Shown here piece by piece: positions 39,021 to 62,116 of a stretch of DNA of 64,000 bases (within the stretch, counting starts at the first letter, position 1; the number at the start of each line of letters is the position of its first letter). Origin of the DNA: the human T2T-CHM13v2.0 reference genome, Homo sapiens; the NCBI RefSeq assembly GCF_009914755.1, contig NC_060947.1; one strand, 5' to 3'. The translations under genes were made by a program, and so were the position numbers. The notes under the pieces are model-generated. The model did no database searches. It worked only from the letters and a program-made list of their open reading frames with translations, and was not told the DNA's origin.

Positions 39021-39606
39021 TGGTGTGCCTATATGAACTGAAACTTTCTATGGGGTTAATCCAGCAGCAGCATGTACCCTGGAAAAAGGAGGAGGTGACA
39101 ACAGGAAAAAACTCATAACATGGAAGGCTTATGAATATTTTTATCCAGTTGCCATGTGGGGAAGCCCAAGCTAGTCATGTAGAGAGAGAGACAGAGAGGT
39201 CCCAGCCTCCCAGCCAACCCTACTAAGACCCTAGATTTGTGAATGAAGCTATCCTGGATATTCCAGCCCCAGCCACCATCTGATTATGACCAACACCAGC
39301 TACACAATTTGTGGAGCCCAGTGCAAAATAGAAATGAAAAATCCATTGTTCAAAAGTTATTTAGAATTTTAAGATGGCAATAGCAGAGCATTAAACTAAC
39401 TGCAAGGTCCCTCTGAGTGTGGGACTCTCTGCAGCTACACAGCTTGCATGCCTGTGAAGCTGACCCTGACTGCAACCTTATAGGATATCCCAACTGACAC
39501 CACATGAAGCATAAAAACATTTCAGCTGAGCCCTGCCCAAATTCCTGACTGCAGAATTGTGAATAAATAAAATAGTTGTTGTTTTCAATCACAAAAATAA
39601 CTGAAA
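39021..39606 (+). mobile_element. Composite insert in Tigger1: unique head plus MLT1-like LTR fragment containing a MER45-like MITE (about 39295-39468)
   Basis: MLT1-like 3' part CAGCTGAGCCCTGCCCAAATTCCTGAC..AATAAA..GTTGTTGTTTT; 14-bp TSD TAAAAT(T/G)GTGAATC. Confidence 0.7.
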
Positions 39607-40234
39607 TAAAATGGTGAATCCTTTCCAGAAGATTTGCAATTTACTTAGCTCAGATCCATCAGAGGAATCACTATCTATGGCAGCCTTACAAAATATATTT
39701 CTTAAAAAATAAGATTTGAAAGTCAAAATGACTCCTTGATCCATGAGCTTCAGAATGGTTGTTGTGTTGGCAGGCATGAAAACAATTTTAATCTCCTTGT
39801 ACATCTCCATCAGAGCTCTCGGGTGACCAGGTGCATTGACAATGAGCAGTAATATTTTGAAAGGAATCTCTCTTGTTTTTAGCTGTAGGTCTCAACAATG
39901 GGCTTAAAATATTCAGTAAACCATGCTATAAACAGATGTACTATCATCCAGGCTTTGTTGTTCCATTTATAGAGCACAGGCAGAGTAGAATTTAGCCTAA
40001 TTATTTAGGGCCTTAGAATTTTCAGAATGATACATGAGCATTGGCTGATGCAGTCAATGGCTGCATTAGCCTCTAACAAGAGAGTCAATCTGTCCTTTGG
40101 AGCTTTGAAGCCAGGTATTGACCTCTCTAGTTGTAAAAGTCTTAGCTGACATTTTCTTCCAATAGAACGCTTTTACCATCTACATTGAAAATCTGTTGTT
40201 TAGTATAACCATCTTTATCAATAATCTTAGCTAG

Positions 40235-40680
<446 letters not shown>

Positions 40681-42149
40681 GAGATGGCTTCTTTTCTTAA
40701 ACCTCATAAACCAACCTCTGCTAACTTCATACTTTTCTTCTGCAGCTTCTTCACATCTCTCAGCCTTCATATAAATGAAGGGAGTTAGGGCCTTGCTCTG
40801 GATTAGGCTTTGGCTTAAGAGAATTTTGTAGCTGGGTTGATCTATTCAGACCACTCAAACTTTCTCCATATTGTCAATAGAGCTGTTTTGCTTTCTTATC
40901 ATTCATGTGTTCACTGGAGTAGCACTATTCATTTCCTTCAAGAACTTTTCCTTTGCATTCACAACTTGGTTAACTGGCACAAGAGACCTAGCTTTCAGCC
41001 TATCTCAGCTTTTGACACGTCTTCCTCACTCAGCTTAATCATTTTTAGCTTTTGATTTAAAGTAAGAGATGTGCAACACTTCCTTTCACTTGAACTCTTA
41101 GAGGACATAGCAGGGCTATTAATTGGCCTAATTTCAATAGTGTTGTCCCTCAGAGAATAAGGAGGCATGAGCAGAGACAGGGAAATGGAGGAATGGCTGG
41201 TCAGTGGAACAGTCAGAACACAGAAGACACACAACATTTATCATTTAAGTTCCCTGTCTTATATAGGCATGGTTCATGGCACCCCAAAATGATCACAATA
41301 GTAGCATCAAAGACCACTGATCATAGATCACCATAACAGATATAAAATAATAATAATAAAGCTTGAAATATTGCAAGAATTACCAAAATGTGACAAAGAA
41401 TCACAAAATGAACACATGCTCTTGGAAAAATAGCATCAATAGACTTGCTCAATAGAGGGTTGCCATAAACCTTCAAGTTGTAAAAAATGCAGTATCTGCA
41501 AAGCACAATAAAGCAAAGTGTGATAAAATGAGGAATACTTGTGGCTGGAGAGAGGATCTATAGTGGTCATAAAATTCTCAAAGGGGTCCATAATCTCTAA
41601 AAGGACCCCTTTTAATTTAATCTGAGATTTTAATTTAATTAATTTAATTTTAATTTAATCTGAGATTAGTGAATCTCAGATTCACAATGTCTTTATCATT
41701 CCTCTTCTTAAACCCTACAGCTACTGGCATAGTTAATGACATTACTAACTTGCTCTCCCAATCTGGTTTGCCTGCCTCCAATCTCTTCTCTATTCTTCAC
41801 CCCACACAGAAAAGTTTACCTAAAGCACAGTTATGATCGTGTCATGCTCTTACTCCAGAACAGTCAATGGCTTCCTATTGCCTGCGGAATGAAGTCCCAA
41901 TATGGTACTTGATATTCCAGCAAAACTAAACTATTTTCTCTTCTTCAAAACCTCTCTCTGCTTCCTCATCTTTTCTTCCTGCCTGGGAGATCCACCTCCT
42001 CTCAATCATTGCCTGTCAAAACCCTACTCATCAATCAAGGCCTAGTTCATGTGCTTCTACCTCCAAAAATATTTCCCAGGATACTCCATGCAGAGGTGAT
42101 ATCTTCTACCTCTGGACCTGCAGAGCATTTTGTTTGGGCCTTATGGGAG

Positions 42150-42490
42150 ACTTCTAGTTGCATACCCAAAATTCATTCTCTCTTCTTTCTGGGAACAGGG
42201 CCACCTAACAAAACATTTCCTAGTCTTTCTTGCAGTTAGGTGCGAATTGTGACTGAGCTCTTGCCAAAGGGATGTGAGAGAAAGTGGGATGGATAAATTT
42301 CATCTCACTTGCTTAAAAGGAAATCCCTTGCCTAGACCTCTTCTCTGAGCTAGAATGTGGATGTGTCCATGACCTAGCATGGAGCAGAATCATCCCACTG
42401 GCTTAGACCAGCCAGCCTGTTATGCAAGAGAGAAATAATTTGTCTTACTAAAGCCGCTATATTTTAGAGTCTCCTTGTTACAGCAGCCTC
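42150..42490 (+). mobile_element. MLT1-type LTR fragment
   Basis: CATTTCCTAGTCTTTCTTGCAGTTAGG..TGTGACTGAG..GAGAGAAATAA..AAGCC..TGTTACAGCAGC. Confidence 0.6.
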
Positions 42491-42569
42491 CACATTATCC
42501 AAGCACAGGCTTCTCTATGGTAGCGTATTACATTGTCTGTGCTTTGTAATTATTTGTATAAATGTCTTA

Positions 42570-43885
<1,316 letters not shown>

Positions 43886-44974
43886 TCCCTTGGGGCAAAT
43901 ACTTTGTAGTCCCCTCAACGCCTTGCACACTGCCTTGCATGCAATAGAACACTCAGTAAATATTTGATGAATGGCCTATGATGGAAGACTACTAATATTC
44001 TGCCTTGCAGTTTACTTCCTTCTCCAAGTATTCCTATATACATGGGCCTACATTAAATTTCTGAGCTTGTAAAAGTGCAAAAAAGGTCAGAAGGAGAAGT
44101 CCTCCATGGACACTGCTGAAAATAGCAGTAAGACAAAGACAGGATGCTGCTTTGAGTATTTTCTGCCTTTGCCACTTAGATAAATCCCTCTCCCACCTCC
44201 ATCTCAGTTTTATCATATGTAAAACGACTATATGATCTCTGAGGTCCCTTCTATTTTTACATTTGGTAGTTATGAGCACTATGGTCACTTTTGATTCCAG
44301 AATTGTATGATTTTTATCTTCTCCTAACCCATGCTTAAAATATGCTTAATGGAAACATGGTGCAAGAATAAAGGCTCACTTAGGTCCAATTAACAAGTAT
44401 CGCTATAAAAATAATAAAACATGGTGTAAAAGGCCACATTAGCAACATGTAGCTGATGACATTGAGGCTTACATGAGGCAGACAGGACTAAAACCCAGGT
44501 TTTTTCAAATCCCTTCAGGGCTCTTTATCTGAAGTCCCATAGAACACTATACTTTCTTTCCTTTCCGAGGGCTATAAAAGTTAGATCTTTATTGTCCAGA
44601 TAGTTTGGAAAATCCATCTTCCTTCACTTGTTTCAACATACTTGGTTCCAGCACTAGAAACAAAACAACTTTCTCTTGCAGTGTCTCTTGGATGATTCAG
44701 GTGGCATGCCTTCAGTCACTTCCCCCATGTAAACTGTCTTGCAGGCAAAGGCGACACTGCAATTACAATGGGCAAGCAAACTCCTTGCATGCACGTCTGT
44801 GATGTAAAAGTGTTTTAATTCAGCCCCATCCTTATAAAGAGATAAAAAATGTGTTCAGAAACATGCAAACTCGTGGCTGTCATCCTGATAAACAGATTTT
44901 CTTAAAGGAAACTGTAAACCAGAGCCAGACTTACTTTCCTGCGCTGAGGGAGGGGAAATAAAAAAGCAGGCATG

Positions 44975-45900
<926 letters not shown>

Positions 45901-47500
45901 CTAGCTTGCATTTAGAGAGCCTACCTGCGTACTGAGCTCTCCTGGTCTTTCTTTTCCTAGAGTCCAATAAGCAGCTTTTTGATTCGAAATGGTGTTGGTC
46001 CGTTCGGCTTGGTGTTGAGGGAAACTGACATTATATACTGCAGGCGCCAAAATTATTACGACTTCCCTTAGATCAGCAAGCGTTGGCTTTTCTCATCTTA
46101 TGAATCATCTACCTGAGTAATTGGAGCCATAAATCTAGTTGATTTGTTAAAGTGATGCGTTGACTCTGCATCCTTGATAGCCAGCATCTCAGCTTGAGCC
46201 ATCCAAAAAATCTTGGAAATCTCAATTCTGGAATGTTTGACCTTCCCCAGTGCAGCTAGTGGTACAGATAATGCAAAAGCGTATTTTTCAGTAACCGAGT
46301 CCATCCTGGACTTGGCTCCTTCTTTAAGCTCTGTGTAGGGAATTTAGGAAACAATTTTATACCTGAATGTTAAAGATAATTGAGGACAGGCAATGTAGTG
46401 GAAGACTAGGATTGGACAGTGCATTGCAACTTGCGTTTTTTCCATTGCCTTGCCAGTAAAACTTGCTTCCTCGACTCCGACTTACACCCTCTACCGGCAC
46501 CATGGGACTGTTTTAGAGATGACTTGGTTACCTGATTATTTCAGTGCCCCTTCCACCTAAGTGTGGGATCTTTAGTTTCTGATAGGTGTAATTTGTATTT
46601 TATTGTTACCCTATCGATTAAATCAGAGCCCTGCCCACAATCTTACAGATTTGTTAAGGGGAAAGTTTTCACCTAATAATCAGATAAGAATATTTCGAAT
46701 ATTTTTTCCTAAATGTTTTTGCTTACTTTTTTGCTTTCTTTGGACTGATTTCCAAGTTTAACTCGCCTTATCTCTTTTAGACCCAGCTGATAAAGTAATG
46801 TCACCGATAATGGACAGCTTCTTCCCGAATTATTGTGCTACTGATTGTGATGCAAATGATAGTGTAAACATTGCCATCTGTAACCAGGCAATACCTTAGT
46901 TAAAAGAGGCTTACAAACTGCTGTCTTTAGATTTTTCCAAACCATTATGGCTCATGGGCCTTAATAAAGAATACAAAACAGGACTAGACTTTGTGATTGG
47001 CAATATAGTTAGGGGACAAGAATGTTTTTCATTTAGAGGTTTTCTTTGGCCCCTGTGGATATTTAATCCTTTTCCTATGCGTCTAGGAAAAATGTGAAGG
47101 CATGAAAGCTTTATTTTCTCCTTGTGTTAATCCTTCTGCCCTCTGCATAATGCAGCACCCCAGAACCTGAGGCTATATTGGGAGAGGAGAGGGGGAGGAC
47201 AACTTAGTTTTCTACTGATTGATTTCTATTAAGTCCAACATGGATAATTGCTGACTGGTTAGATTTTCTTGTTTCTGGCTTAATCATTAGCTTCTTGTTT
47301 CCTAGATATTCTGAAATCTTCATTGAACATAATCACATTTTTTTTTATGGAGTTCCCCCTATCTTTGTTTTTCCTATACTGAAGAAATGGTAACTGCTCC
47401 CTATAACTGCTCCCCCAGGTGACTCTTGGTTGATGCTCTCTTGAGCAGAGTAGCTTTTCTTCTAACATAAGGATCATCCTTGGCTGTCTGGTTATTTAGG

Positions 47501-47502
<2 letters not shown>

Positions 47503-47540
<38 letters not shown>
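47503..47540 (+). repeat. (AC)19 microsatellite
   Basis: Perfect dinucleotide run. Confidence 0.97.
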
Positions 47541-47543
<3 letters not shown>

Positions 47544-47549
47544 GGGGGT

Positions 47550-47725
47550 GGGTGTTAAAAGTGCTGAAATCAGAGAACTTGGATCTGAATCCTTAACCTT
47601 TCTTTGCCCCAATAATCTAATCTGTAAAGTAGTACCTACCCATACTGTTGTTATGAGGATTAAATGAGATAGAAGTAAAGTTCTTAGGATCTTGTCCAAA
47701 ACATAATAAGTACAACAGTAAATGT
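47550..47725 (+). mobile_element. MIR
   Basis: ATCTGTAAA..TACCTACC..GTTGTTATGAGGATTAAATGAGATA. Confidence 0.7.
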
Positions 47726-47987
47726 TGACAAGAAGGGGTGGTGATAATATTGCAGAAAATGTGGAAAATTTAGAACACGGAAGGGAGAAGATATGCCTCT
47801 TAATTCTGCCACCTGACATAAATGTCACATTATCATTTCTGACCTCCCAGATATTTGTGTAAGATACACTTTTTCAAGAATGTTTAATACATTTATAGCT
47901 CTCTTCACTTAGCAATATATTTTGAACAGTTTCTCCCTTTAATATTTAGTATATATGATTTTCTTTTTTTATTATTAAAGATTTTAA

Positions 47988-48753
<766 letters not shown>

Positions 48754-49906
48754 TATAATATTTAATGTATAGTGAATGCCTAAGATGTGCTAGTTTCCAT
48801 GCTAAGCATTTAGTATACATTGTGTTTAATCCCCTCAAAACTGCTATGAGGAATAACTCTTACTATCCCTATTTTACAGAGAAGAGAACTACAGTAAGAT
48901 GCAGAGTAACTTGCCCAGCTCTGGGTATTATTGTTCCTTTAAATTTTTGCTGACAAGATCTCTCACCTGGCTTTAAAAACTTAGATATTCTAAAATTTTG
49001 ACTCTATTCTCTTCAATATTTGTAAATAACTTTGGTTTATTTGGTTATTCTGTACTAGCTGAGAGGAGGAAGACTTGAACTTTGGTTGCCTAGGGTTTTC
49101 CTGAGAACTGTATCTTCTGGTTGTGGTTAGTTAATCCCATGTATTTTGCACATGCCAATATCTCCATAATCTAAATTCTTCAGATTTTCTTAAGACTACT
49201 ATCCACCTTTTAGATTCACTTTTGGTGTTTCCTGACATTCCATTTCAATTGGATACACTTATGCCTGACCTTAAAGGAAAGGGAAAAGAGAAGCTAGTTT
49301 TTTCACTCATTGGATAGACATAGCCAGTCTTCTGGCCTCACCAAAACAGCTGAGAGAATGATTGGCCCAAAGCCATTTGGAGAACACTCCATTAACTAGA
49401 GGGAGAGAACAAGGAGTATTACTCTCTAAATTGCTGAATTAGGTTTTTCCACTTAATAGATTATGTTAGGAGCAAACAGGTTTTAGGCACAAATATTCTT
49501 CTCGATCACTGCCATAACTTAGAAGAAGCCATAAGAATAAGGTTAAGATTTTTAGAGGACTTGTTGAACCAAGCTGTATAATCAGAGTGCAATTCACGGA
49601 CTTTTTAAGACTTTGTCAAACAAAGTCTGTATGTTATAGTACTACTATAGGGAAAGATTGGTTTTAATAAGTGAAATTAGAATTATACACATTAAAACAA
49701 GGCAGTATCACCTAGTTTACTTGCACCACCTTATTTTATTTATGTATTTGCTTTCTAAGTTTCTCTACTTTTATTTCATTTTTGTAAGATCTTTTCAAAA
49801 GCCCCACATTTTTTAAACAGTTAAATAACCTTTTCAAGTTATTAGATACATGCCTTATAACAAACACCTTCTATGCTGAAGGTAGCTTTTAATTTTAAAA
49901 AGTTTG

Positions 49907-50775
<869 letters not shown>

Positions 50776-50947
50776 TTAGCAGTGATAATTTAATTTTTAA
50801 ATAGTATCTCACCTGCTTTCAAGAAAGGATTTGAAGTATGTTTGATAGTCACTAGTACAAACCGTTTGTTAAGGTAGGTATCAGAAGCCTTATAGAACCA
50901 TGGACTACAGTAATTGTGGCAACTATTTGGCATAAAACAATTTCTAA

Positions 50948-52455
<1,508 letters not shown>

Positions 52456-52544
52456 ACCACAGACTTGTTTAACATAAAACCTAAAAGTGACTCTTTTAGC
52501 TTGAAATCTCTCGAAGGGCAGAGCTAGTAGTAAAGAAAGATCTG

Positions 52545-53465
<921 letters not shown>

Positions 53466-54622
53466 TCCCTTTCATCTTGGGTTAGAAAGGAATAAATAAG
53501 TAATTATCTCCTATGTCAGCTTCTTCTGGCAATAGAATTGCCTCTGCCAGTTTTCATATAAGTCCCTTTTGGAGTTCTCCTTGAAGTTTTGTTTGGGGAG
53601 AGAAGGGTGGGTAAAAGTGATCTTGACAGAAATAGGACAGTAGGTAGTTCCTGAAGCCACACAGAAGATAGTGCTTAGAGTGAGATAGAAGTATGGATCT
53701 TTTATTTAATAACTCTATTGCCTTTTGATTTGAACTGAAGTTTTCTCTTGTTCAATAGGTATTGTCAGCCATTCTGATCTACTTGTCTATATACACACAT
53801 ACACCTCTCCTTCACCTAGAGGATTAGTTGGAATATAATGTTGTTTGAGGTATCACTAAGGTGATTTTTAAAAATTTTTAAATTATTTTCTTTTTTTTTT
53901 CTTAAACCTGGTGAACAGGAGAGGTGATTTTTTTTTCTTGGTAGAGACCCGAGTATGGGCACTGAAACTTTCGTGGTAAAATATAGCCCTACTTCATACT
54001 TAGAGTAAATTCCTATGGAGTTACTTAGTAATTGGACCAGAGTACAGTTAACACAGAATGAGGGCAAGGACCACATTTTATTCACCATTGTTTCCCTAGC
54101 ATCTAGTACAGTGATGAGCATATGAACATTTAATATTTACTGGGTAAATTGCCAGTATGGTAGAGGTGGTACTGTCTTTTGTTAAAGTGTCATTATAGAA
54201 CAGTAGTGATTCACTCCTTATGATATTTCTACTTCTTTTGCTATTTATGGACTCTGTAACAGTAATAGGTGATGCATCAAATTTTATGTACATCACATGT
54301 ACCTATATGAAATGAGATACAGGCCACCTGCTAAAATTATGGTCCGGTTATTTGTAAGTACTTTAGACTAACATGTGCCAACCATTTCATGCATCTTTTT
54401 CGTGTCTGTCACATGGTAATATTAGAAAATATTACCATAGAAAATGGTAATATTTGTATAGTGCACTGGAGTAAACTGAGGCAGTGAACTGCTTCTGGTA
54501 TAAGGCTCCTTCAGAGGATCTCCTGAAGCCTAGGTGATCAATATCCACATGTAGCTGTAACCATTCACAGCATACTAGTAGGGAAGCTGTTCTTAGACCT
54601 TATTGTCTATAGAAGTATAGTA

Positions 54623-56387
<1,765 letters not shown>

Positions 56388-56632
56388 TAGAAATATAATT
56401 GGTTTGTATAAAGCAACACATTTGTAGTCTGTATTTTATTACAGTGATACATATATAACTTTCAGTTAGCTCACTGGTATTTTTAATTGTATCAGTAAGA
56501 CTAAGCACCAACTCCTCTGGAGTACTGGAGTATATTTTTAAAATTACGGTAGATCCTCTCAAACTGTAAGATTGGGATCCTAGTTGTGACCTCTTCATAA
56601 AACTTGAAGTCTGTTATATGAATACTTGATCT

Positions 56633-56664
56633 GATAGATACATAGATAGATAGATAGATAGATA
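56633..56664 (+). repeat. (GATA)n tetranucleotide repeat
   Basis: (GATA)2 CATA (GATA)5. Confidence 0.9.
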
Positions 56665-56821
56665 AACTATATATATCTCTCACCTTATCCTGGTATATTA
56701 GAGGATAAGGCATATACATAAAACTTTGCAAGTCTATTGTAATTAATGCCCAATTTTACACACAATGCCTCGAAGAAGGTCAGATATTTTTATTCCAACA
56801 GAGTATAAAGTAAAGGGCATG

Positions 56822-57235
<414 letters not shown>

Positions 57236-57666
57236 TTACAAAGGAAACTATAATATCTATTCTGTGATGTATCTTCAAACCTTGACATGTTAGGTGTTAA
57301 AGGTTTACATATGTATGTGTTGAAAGAGATTTTAATAAAATTATTTTTTAAAGTCTGCCTAGTTTGAATAATTGAGCATTGGAAACACTTGAATAGGATT
57401 GAAAATGTGTACATTAAGAAAACAAAAGTTAGGAAAGCATTTTCTTTATTGATAAGTGTATCCTGATTTGGAAAAGTGATGTTCCACTTAATATTTGTTC
57501 TGAATTATGATCCACTTAAAGTCAATGGACATGTCTCCTTCTATGAATTTCTGGGTACCATAGTGCCTTTAACATAGTAGGTACACAATAAATAGTTTCT
57601 TGAGTAAATGAATTGTTTTTCAAATTGGCTTTTTGGTTTTTCTTTTCTTTCCTCCCCTCCATTTAG

Positions 57667-57864
<198 letters not shown>

Positions 57865-58168
57865 TGAAATAAACTAGATATCAACAACATTTTAAATGTG
57901 TTCACCTTAAGCATACTTCATGATCTTAGTCATTTCAGGTGGTTAGATAGGGAGGCAGTCTAGTTTTATGGGAAGAGCACTACTTTGAATAAAGGCTCTG
58001 GTATTTACTAGCTTTGTAAGCTTGGGAAGGTTACTTAATTTCTCTGAACATATACTTTTTCATTATTGTGAGTATAAAACATTAAATTCATATTATAATG
58101 CCTGGCCCATGACAGGTACTCATAGATAGGAGCTGTTATTATCATTCTTATTCTCCTTGAATATTCAT

Positions 58169-58421
58169 GGAGTGCAGTGGCACGATCTTGGCTCACTGCA
58201 ACCTCTGCCTCCTCAGTTCAAGCAGTTCTCCTGCCTCGGCCTCCCAAGTAGCTGGGATTACAGGCACCTGACACCAGGCCCAGCTAACTTTTTTGTACTT
58301 TTAGTTGAGATGGGGTTTCACCATGTTGGCCAGGCTGGTCTCGAACTCCTGACCTCAAGTGATCTGCCTGCTGCAGCCTCCCAAAGTGCTGCGATTACAA
58401 GCATGAGCCACCGTGCCTGGC
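58169..58421 (-). mobile_element. Alu lacking its 3' end
   Basis: Alu sequence without a tail. Confidence 0.9.
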
Positions 58422-59112
58422 CTCATGGTCTTAAATTTAGAGCCACAGATATTGGAGCCTACTTTCCAACATAAACCCAAAGTAAGGGGGGTGGAATACC
58501 ACCTTTATTTTATATTTTTTCAAAGAGATTTTTCAAATCATTACATTTCAAGCTTGTGGGAATTCAATGAAGTACATTGGACAGGGACTGTACTCCTTTT
58601 ATGGAAAGGAATGACTTAATTGAGAAATACAACTAATTTGTATCAACTAGAATTAGAACACAGATCTCCTGATTTCTAATTATTCACTGTGACTATTTAT
58701 CATAAGTAGCTTCCATTAAGTTTATATGCCATAGCATCTCTAACTGGTTTATCCATTAGCTTTTACTCCTTAACAAATCAGTCCAACACTTAGTGGCATA
58801 AAGCAGTATTTACAAACTCACTGAGTCTGCATGTTGACTGGGCAGTTCTTAATGGTTTTGTCTGAACTTAGCCATTCTTTACAAGGGCTCACTTATGTTC
58901 CTATGTTCAGTTGTGGGTTGACTGAGGGCTGGCTTTGCTGATCTTGGCTGGGCTCTCTCACATAGCCCAGATTCAAGGAGGCTTTTATAATCTACCACAC
59001 TGGGCCTGCCTTCCCATCAGTTTGAATGTTGCAGTAAGACATTCTCTGAGCAAGTTACTACTTTGTGTTTGCCATTTATAAATGGAAGAGAAGGAAAGTG
59101 AAGCAAAACTGA

Positions 59113-59262
<150 letters not shown>

Positions 59263-61475
59263 TGAAATTAGTATTGTTCCCAATGTACTGGGAAAATCTT
59301 TCAGATGGTTGTGTCACAAAGTGAAGTTTTTCTATCCAAGTGGCAGTTTTTAAGTATTTTTGAATGGATGTAAGTAGCTAGCACATGGGTTGAATATAGT
59401 TTTACCCTTTCCTCTTTTACTGTCCTCAGTTACTACTCGGAAGACAAGACAGAAAAGGGGTCCTAAATCATCATATTATGGATTTGACTATAACTTATGA
59501 GTAACTTGGTGCTACAGAGCTAGCAATACAGCTATAAACCTTTTGGGAAGGGTAGAAAATGTGGTTTTCTAATGAATAGCAGCTGCTATTGAACCACATA
59601 TTGGTGGACAAATTCGCTTTTACACTCCTCTTACAATGCTGTTGGTTAGATCATTTTGATCCTTGGGATTAAAATATTAAGCAGGAAGGAAAGTAAAGTG
59701 TGACATTTTTATTTAAAGCCAAGATCTTAACATTTTAAACAAACTGATTGCCAGGGATTGCCAGTTAACAGTGCTTTGCAGCTCACATGGTGCAGACTAA
59801 GAGCTCTTGATTTCCTTAGTGGATTACTCGTTAGTAATGCATTCAAAAGTGTGACACATGTTCTTCTTGTTGTGGAAATAGAATGAAGAGCTACAAAACA
59901 CAGATGATTAGGAAGAGCTAATTCAGAACTTTCTAAAAGCCATTCAAATCTTCAATGACTGTTTCTCAACAACCTCTTTTATTTCAGTAACTTCAACAGA
60001 ACTGATAAGCTGAGAACTTGAGTTATGTTATCCAGCCAGATATATGGGTTGGTGAGTCCCATGTAATTGCTAGTTACCATCTGTAATGCTAGAGACAGCC
60101 TAAGAAACATCCCCCCAACTAGTAGTTGTCATATTTAATTTGTCGGTCATTATTTTAATATCTTTCTGTGGGACTTAGAAAATAGTCACATTTGAAATAG
60201 GCAGGATTTTCTTTCCAAAGGTGGGTATAGGAAAACTGCCTTTAGTAGACAACTTATTGCTACCTGATTTTTTTTTCATTATCATTGTCTTATAGTGATG
60301 GAGTATTTTACAATTGAGTGTCTATCACTTCTGTGTTGGCAGGGTTTGGGGAGTAGGTAGAGATCCCTGTGTGATATTCATTTGTACAGTAGTTCTCTCC
60401 TCAAAAGGTGTAGAGAGTTACTTTTTCTAGCCCTTTTTATGCTTTGTTGGTCACTGAATTTGTTGGCCTTTGAGTATGGTTGGTTTGGGATACTTGAACT
60501 AATTGATCATGCATTTGCCTTGGGTAAGTAATCATTCCAAGCGAATTGGTTACCACTGATGTTATGTGCTTATGCAGTAGTAGTAATGGAGAGTACAGGG
60601 TATGGTTGGTTTAGATCAAGGTACAAATGTTACCTAGATTATGGTTCAAACCTTATTATGTGGTCACAGGTTCTCACTTATCCAGCAAAAACTCATGTGA
60701 CCATAGTCACAAGAGAAACAGGACAAAATGCTATAGTTTGTTCAGTTCTACATTAAAAAACAGGACAAATCCCCAAGCACGGGCTGCTTCACACATGACG
60801 GAGATGGCACAGCGGAGCATGGACAGACGTGCCACTGGGGCAGCTCACTGTCATTTACACTGAATAGATTTTTGTTTGAATTATGTGGTACTTTGTCAAA
60901 AGACAAATTTGTCTTCTATCCTACCTTCTAGTCTGGTTTATTTTCTCTTGTAATAAGAAAAATAAGAATTCTCTTTGATTGGAAGATACTTTGGACCGAA
61001 TGGTGAGATGCCTAGCTTGTCTGGGTAATTGATATAACTTTCTGTCTAGCAATTGTGAAAAAAACTCCCAAGCTTGGTGTCCAGGTACAGTTGACAGTGA
61101 CAGTTGATGGATGTTTTGCCAACAGCACTGAGGGAAGTGATGAGGACACAGGCATTGGAACAGGCTGGATGCTGCTCCTCTCCTGCCAGTCAGGTTCTCT
61201 TCTCACCACATCCCCATTCACGGGTCTTCCATGATGGGAATTGGGACAGTCTGTGTACTCCTGGCATTAGTTAATTCTTTCCTCATTCCTTCTGCTGCCA
61301 ATCCATTAAATAAACTTGCGTGTCTTAGCGTTATACTGCTTCCCAGTACTGGTGAGGGTGTCTGTCCTCTACCCAGAATGAATACTCATCTAAGTTTGAT
61401 CAGTACGTTCATAAGCTTCTGTTGAGCTATGGAGGCACTGGTTTATAAAACCCAGTTTGTGATATTTGCCTTTGA

Positions 61476-61878
<403 letters not shown>

Positions 61879-61885
61879 TCTTTAG

Positions 61886-62116
<231 letters not shown>

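Noticed and set aside
61130-61230. Possible C/D-box snoRNA (GTGATGA near 61137)
   Set aside because: No suitably placed CTGA D box or terminal stem
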